Assembly (NCBI GenBank): GCA_964611355.1
Contig: CAZSYD010000006.1
Location: forward strand, 1 to 64,000
Direction: 5' to 3'
Length of the DNA stretch: 64,000 bases
DNA from: an uncultured Ignavibacteriales bacterium
Lineage (GTDB): Bacteria > Zixibacteria > MSB-5A5 > GN15 > JAAZOE01
The notes under the pieces were generated by a model. It saw only the letters and a list, made by a program, of their open reading frames with translations. It made no database searches and was not told where the DNA came from. Shown in pieces: positions 60,199 through 64,000 of this stretch; the stretch's first letter is position 1; each line of letters opens with the position of its first letter. The translations under genes were made by a program, and so were the position numbers.

Positions 60199-60918
60199 AT
60201 GTCAGGATTATCCAGTGGCCATGGAAAATGTATCGGTGGAAGTCTCTTTCTGCTGGCTGCGCTCTCTTTTGTGCTAATCCTAAACTTTGCGCCGGTGTCT
60301 GCCGACGACGATGAGTTGGGCGATAAAATGGATGTCGGGGTCTCGCTTGACGGGACTCCAATCTCGAACACTGATACAATTTGGGCCGGTGTCCCGGCCA
60401 CCTTTGATATCTATTTTGAAAACGCCGACACCCTTGGGGGTTATTCGACGGGATTCGTAATTTACTCGCCGGATGGCGCGACTTGGGAATGGGAGGAAGA
60501 AATCCTCGATTATAAGCTAATCTCAAATTCGCCCCTGAAAATGGATACGATGTACTCCATAGTTACTACCGTTAAAGGGTCGCGGCAACATCCGCCCTCA
60601 ATGGTACTGGACAATGGCGGCCTACAGGTCTATCTGGCGGATACCAATGGTTCTCCCAAGGACACCATACTCTTTGGCGGTACCCGCAAGGTTCAGGGAG
60701 TGTCGCCCGGACCGCTTGAAAAGGCAATGCAATTACACTTTAAGGCAGGCGGTGTTGTAGGAGATAAGGTTACAACCATTTGTATCGACAGCGCCAAGGT
60801 CGGTCCTGTTGGCGAATTCATCTTTATCGATATCGCCGGTATGACCCTGGTACCGAAGGTACTCTGGCCTCAAAAAGGACGTTGCTGGATGGTGGCAACC
60901 CCCCCCAAGAAAAAATAG
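60199..60918 (+). CDS. exported single-domain beta-sandwich protein, possibly cohesin-like
   Basis: GGGAGG RBS; signal peptide; AGVPATFDIYFEN.DTLGG.STGF...ICIDSA beta-rich pattern. Confidence 0.55.
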   Translation: MSGLSSGHGKCIGGSLFLLAALSFVLILNFAPVSADDDELGDKMDVGVSLDGTPISNTDTIWAGVPATFDIYFENADTLGGYSTGFVIYSPDGATWEWEEEILDYKLISNSPLKMDTMYSIVTTVKGSRQHPPSMVLDNGGLQVYLADTNGSPKDTILFGGTRKVQGVSPGPLEKAMQLHFKAGGVVGDKVTTICIDSAKVGPVGEFIFIDIAGMTLVPKVLWPQKGRCWMVATPPKKK

Positions 60919-61315
60919 AAAGACTATCCTGTCCCGATGATATCCCAAATCATCAGGCTCTTCAGACTCTCTTCGCCGGATGGATAAACGGACTTTCGCA
61001 AGGCCGATATGGTTGTATCGGCCTTGCCGTATAAGCCTGACTCCGCCAGGAAGAAGCAGGGAAATATATTATCACAAAGCTCCAATCCAAAACAGACTTC
61101 GTACATTCCTGCATTTGCCGGCATTTAAATCCCGACTAATTCAATAGCCCAGTACGGCTGACAGGCCCGACGCGTTAATACGGTCTGGAAAACAGATGCA
61201 CTTTAATCGGAGTATTTTAGGTTTGATTAATCACAATTAGTTAAGAATAATCATGGTTGTCATTCAGTGAAAGAACGGCATTTCTGAAACATGAAAAAAT
61301 AGATTTATGCGACTC

Positions 61316-61344
61316 TTGACACGAATTCGATCATCGGATATAAT
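61316..61344 (+). promoter_or_regulatory. consensus sigma70 promoter of the sdh operon
   Basis: Perfect TTGACA-N17-TATAAT. Confidence 0.8.
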
Positions 61345-61380
61345 ACGCCAATTATTATTGAAAGATAAAGGTAAACCGCT

Positions 61381-62106
61381 ATGAGTAATGTTCAGGTTAA
61401 ACCCACTCCCGCTCAGCGCCAGCTAACGTTCATCAGTTCCTCGATCGGAAAGAAGATCTCCCAAGCCGTAACCGGCTTTCTCATGTTCGTCTTCGTGGTG
61501 GGGCATATGGTGGGCAATCTCCAGATTTTCATCGGTCAGGACCAGTTGAACGCTTACGCACAGGCGCTAAAAGACCTGCCGGCTCTGACCTGGTCGGTTC
61601 GTGTTGTGATGTTTGTCTGCCTGGTAATTCACGTCTGGCGCGGCATCCAGCTATACTTCGAGAACCGGTTCTCGCGGCCCATTCGCTACGTCGTTAACGC
61701 GACCGTTCAGGCACCGCTGGCTTCGCGCACGATGATTTTCACGGGTGGCGGGGTCTTCCTCTACTTAATCTATCACCTTCTCCACTATACGTTCATCGTC
61801 ACGAACCCGCAATACGCCAACCTCCATGACACTCTGGGGCGGCATGACGTCTACTCGATGGTTATACTCGGTTTCCAGAATGGGTTGATATCAGCCGTCT
61901 ATTTCCTGGCGCTCTTCTCCCTCTGCTATCATCTGACCCACGCCATTCCTTCGCTCTTCCAGACTCTGGGGCTCAACAATGAGAAGACCAAAACGAAGTT
62001 CAAAGTTCTGGGATGGCTTGTGGCAATAGCGATATTCGTCGGGTACTCCGTTATACCGGCGGCAACTCTGTTGAAGATCATCAAACTACCGGAAGGAGTG
62101 CTCTGA
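61381..62106 (+). CDS. sdhC: succinate dehydrogenase/fumarate reductase cytochrome b subunit
   Basis: SSIGKK..AVTG..HMVGNL; four His in TM helices; HL.HA..SLFQTLG. Confidence 0.92.
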   Translation: MSNVQVKPTPAQRQLTFISSSIGKKISQAVTGFLMFVFVVGHMVGNLQIFIGQDQLNAYAQALKDLPALTWSVRVVMFVCLVIHVWRGIQLYFENRFSRPIRYVVNATVQAPLASRTMIFTGGGVFLYLIYHLLHYTFIVTNPQYANLHDTLGRHDVYSMVILGFQNGLISAVYFLALFSLCYHLTHAIPSLFQTLGLNNEKTKTKFKVLGWLVAIAIFVGYSVIPAATLLKIIKLPEGVL

Positions 62107-62107
62107 T

Positions 62108-64000
62108 ATGAAGCTTGAGTCGAAAGTTCCATCCGGTCCGCTCGCCGAGAAATGGGATAAACACCGCTTCGAGATGAAGCTGGTCAACCCAGCCAACAAG
62201 CGCAAATACAGTGCTATCGTAGTCGGTACGGGCCTGGCCGGCGCATCGACGGCCGCCTCGATGGCCGAACTCGGCTACAACGTAAAGGCCTTCTGTTTCC
62301 AGGACAGTCCCCGACGGGCGCACTCCATCGGCGCGCAGGGGGGAATTAATGCAGCCAAAAACTACCAGAACGATGGCGATTCCATCTGGCGCTTGTTCTT
62401 CGATACGATCAAGGGGGGAGATTTCCGCTCGCGAGAAGCCAACACATACCGCTTGGCGCAAGTGTCGGTCGATATCATAGACCAGTGCGCCGCTCAGGGG
62501 GTGCCGTTTGCGCGCGAATACGGCGGCACACTGGCCAACCGTTCCTTTGGGGGAGCCCAGGTATCGCGCACATTCTATGCTCGCGGGCAGACCGGACAGC
62601 AGTTGTTGTTAGGTGCCTACTCAGCACTCCAGCGCCAGATCGGCCTTGGAAAAGTGCATATGTTCCCCCGCACCGAGATGCTTGATCTCGTGCTGATTGA
62701 CGGTCACGCTAAGGGAATTGTCGTGCGCGACCTCGTAACAGGTAAAATCAGTTCGCACGCCGCCGATGCCGTCGTATTGGCCACCGGCGGATACGCACGG
62801 GTGTTTAACCTTTCTACGATGGGCCTGGGATGCAACGTCACCGCTATCTATCAAGCCTATAAGAGAGGAGCGCTCTTTGCCAATCCGTGTTTTACCCAGA
62901 TACATCCTACTTGCATCCCGCACACGGGAGACTATCAGTCGAAGCTTACCCTGATGTCCGAGTCATTGCGCAACGACGGCCGTATCTGGGTGCCCAGGAA
63001 TAAGGGCGACAAGCGCCTGCCCGGAGAAATCCCAGAAGAAGAACGCGATTACTATCTGGAACGAAAATATCCCAGTTTCGGTAACCTTGCCCCCCGCGAT
63101 ATTTCATCGCGCTCCGCCAAGGAGGTCTGTGATGATGGATGCGGAGTTGGTTCATCCGGATATAGTGTGTACCTGGACTTCGCCGAAGCTATTGAGCGCT
63201 TGGGTCGAGAGGTGATTACCGAACGATATGGAAATCTCTTTGAAATGTACCATCTCATAACCGATGAAGACCCTTACAAGGTCCCAATGCGCATATATCC
63301 AGCCGCCCATTATGCTATGGGCGGGTTATGGGTCGATTACAATCTGATGAGCAATATTCCCGGCCTCCATGTTATCGGCGAGGCCAACTTCTCTGACCAC
63401 GGTGCCAACCGCCTGGGAGCTTCGGCTTTGATGCAAGGGTTGGCCGACGGTTATTTCGTCCTGCCGTATACGATTGGCGACTACTTCGCCCGGGTAGGGG
63501 CACAGAGTATCTCTACCGACCGCTCCGAGTTTGGCGAGGCCGAAGAAGCCGTCGCCGCGCGCATAAAGAAACTTCTGTCGGTTAACGGCGAACGCACGGT
63601 CGACTCTTTCCACAAGGCGCTGGGTGAAATAATGTGGGAGAAAGCCGGCATGGCCCGCAACGAAACCGACTTGAAAGAAGCGGTCGAACAGATTACGGCG
63701 CTGAGGAATGAATTCTGGCAGAATGTCAGGGTTATAGGGAGCACTAACGAAATGAACCAGACGCTGGAGAAAGCGGGCCGCGTGGCTGATTTCCTCGAGT
63801 TCGCCGAGATCTTCTGCTATGACGCTCTCAACCGGGAAGAGTCCTGCGGCGCTCACTTCCGCGAGGAGTATCAGACTGAAGATGGAGAAGCCCTGCGCAA
63901 CGACAAGAAGTTCGCATACGTCGCCGCATGGGAATACAAGGGCGATGGTGTCAAACCGGAACTGCATAAGGAGGAGCTCGAGTTTGAGAATGTTGAGCTG
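62108..64000 (+). CDS. sdhA: succinate dehydrogenase/fumarate reductase flavoprotein subunit (3'-truncated by the window)
   Basis: Manual translation [42 protein letters not shown]...[18 protein letters not shown]; further [19 protein letters not shown] and ESCGAHFR motifs. Confidence 0.95.
   Translation, partial: MKLESKVPSGPLAEKWDKHRFEMKLVNPANKRKYSAIVVGTGLAGASTAASMAELGYNVKAFCFQDSPRRAHSIGAQGGINAAKNYQNDGDSIWRLFFDTIKGGDFRSREANTYRLAQVSVDIIDQCAAQGVPFAREYGGTLANRSFGGAQVSRTFYARGQTGQQLLLGAYSALQRQIGLGKVHMFPRTEMLDLVLIDGHAKGIVVRDLVTGKISSHAADAVVLATGGYARVFNLSTMGLGCNVTAIYQAYKRGALFANPCFTQIHPTCIPHTGDYQSKLTLMSESLRNDGRIWVPRNKGDKRLPGEIPEEERDYYLERKYPSFGNLAPRDISSRSAKEVCDDGCGVGSSGYSVYLDFAEAIERLGREVITERYGNLFEMYHLITDEDPYKVPMRIYPAAHYAMGGLWVDYNLMSNIPGLHVIGEANFSDHGANRLGASALMQGLADGYFVLPYTIGDYFARVGAQSISTDRSEFGEAEEAVAARIKKLLSVNGERTVDSFHKALGEIMWEKAGMARNETDLKEAVEQITALRNEFWQNVRVIGSTNEMNQTLEKAGRVADFLEFAEIFCYDALNREESCGAHFREEYQTEDGEALRNDKKFAYVAAWEYKGDGVKPELHKEELEFENVEL

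Noticed and set aside
61222..61236. FNR/CRP/Rex site upstream of sdh (TTTGATTAATCACAA)
   Set aside because: It contains a 10-bp palindrome but fits none of the consensus spacings well.

Overview
Bacterial chromosomal window from a diderm organism, probably an uncultured FCB-group lineage resembling Zixibacteria. That assignment is an inference from the many Cys-rich secreted dockerin proteins and a T9SS/FlgD-type C-terminal domain. There is one 100-N scaffold gap and no CRISPR array, rRNA or recognisable mobile element. Housekeeping and envelope genes include tyrS, tRNA-Leu(CAA), PBP1A, an LpoB-like lipoprotein, an S11 D,D-peptidase, ABC transporters, two OmpA-family proteins, MscS, an NCS2 permease and sdhC/sdhA (truncated at the right edge). 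Two things stand out. First, an intact gatE-gatD pair, the Glu-tRNA(Gln) amidotransferase classically described as archaea-specific, lies among clearly bacterial genes. Second, five secreted dockerin-bearing proteins (C1A and C10 cysteine proteases, two Asp-box proteins, and a protein with two cohesin-like and two dockerin modules), plus a possible stand-alone cohesin, suggest a non-cellulosomal, protease-centred cohesin-dockerin surface complex, accompanied by exported S46 and M3B peptidases. Smaller signals include an unannotated 40-aa CxxC/CPxCG microprotein, a histone-H1-like protein with a Myb/HTH-like core, structured leaders on the dockerin genes, shared ECF-like and sigma28-like promoter motifs, a decayed dockerin relic and a duplicated promoter ahead of tandem paralogues.
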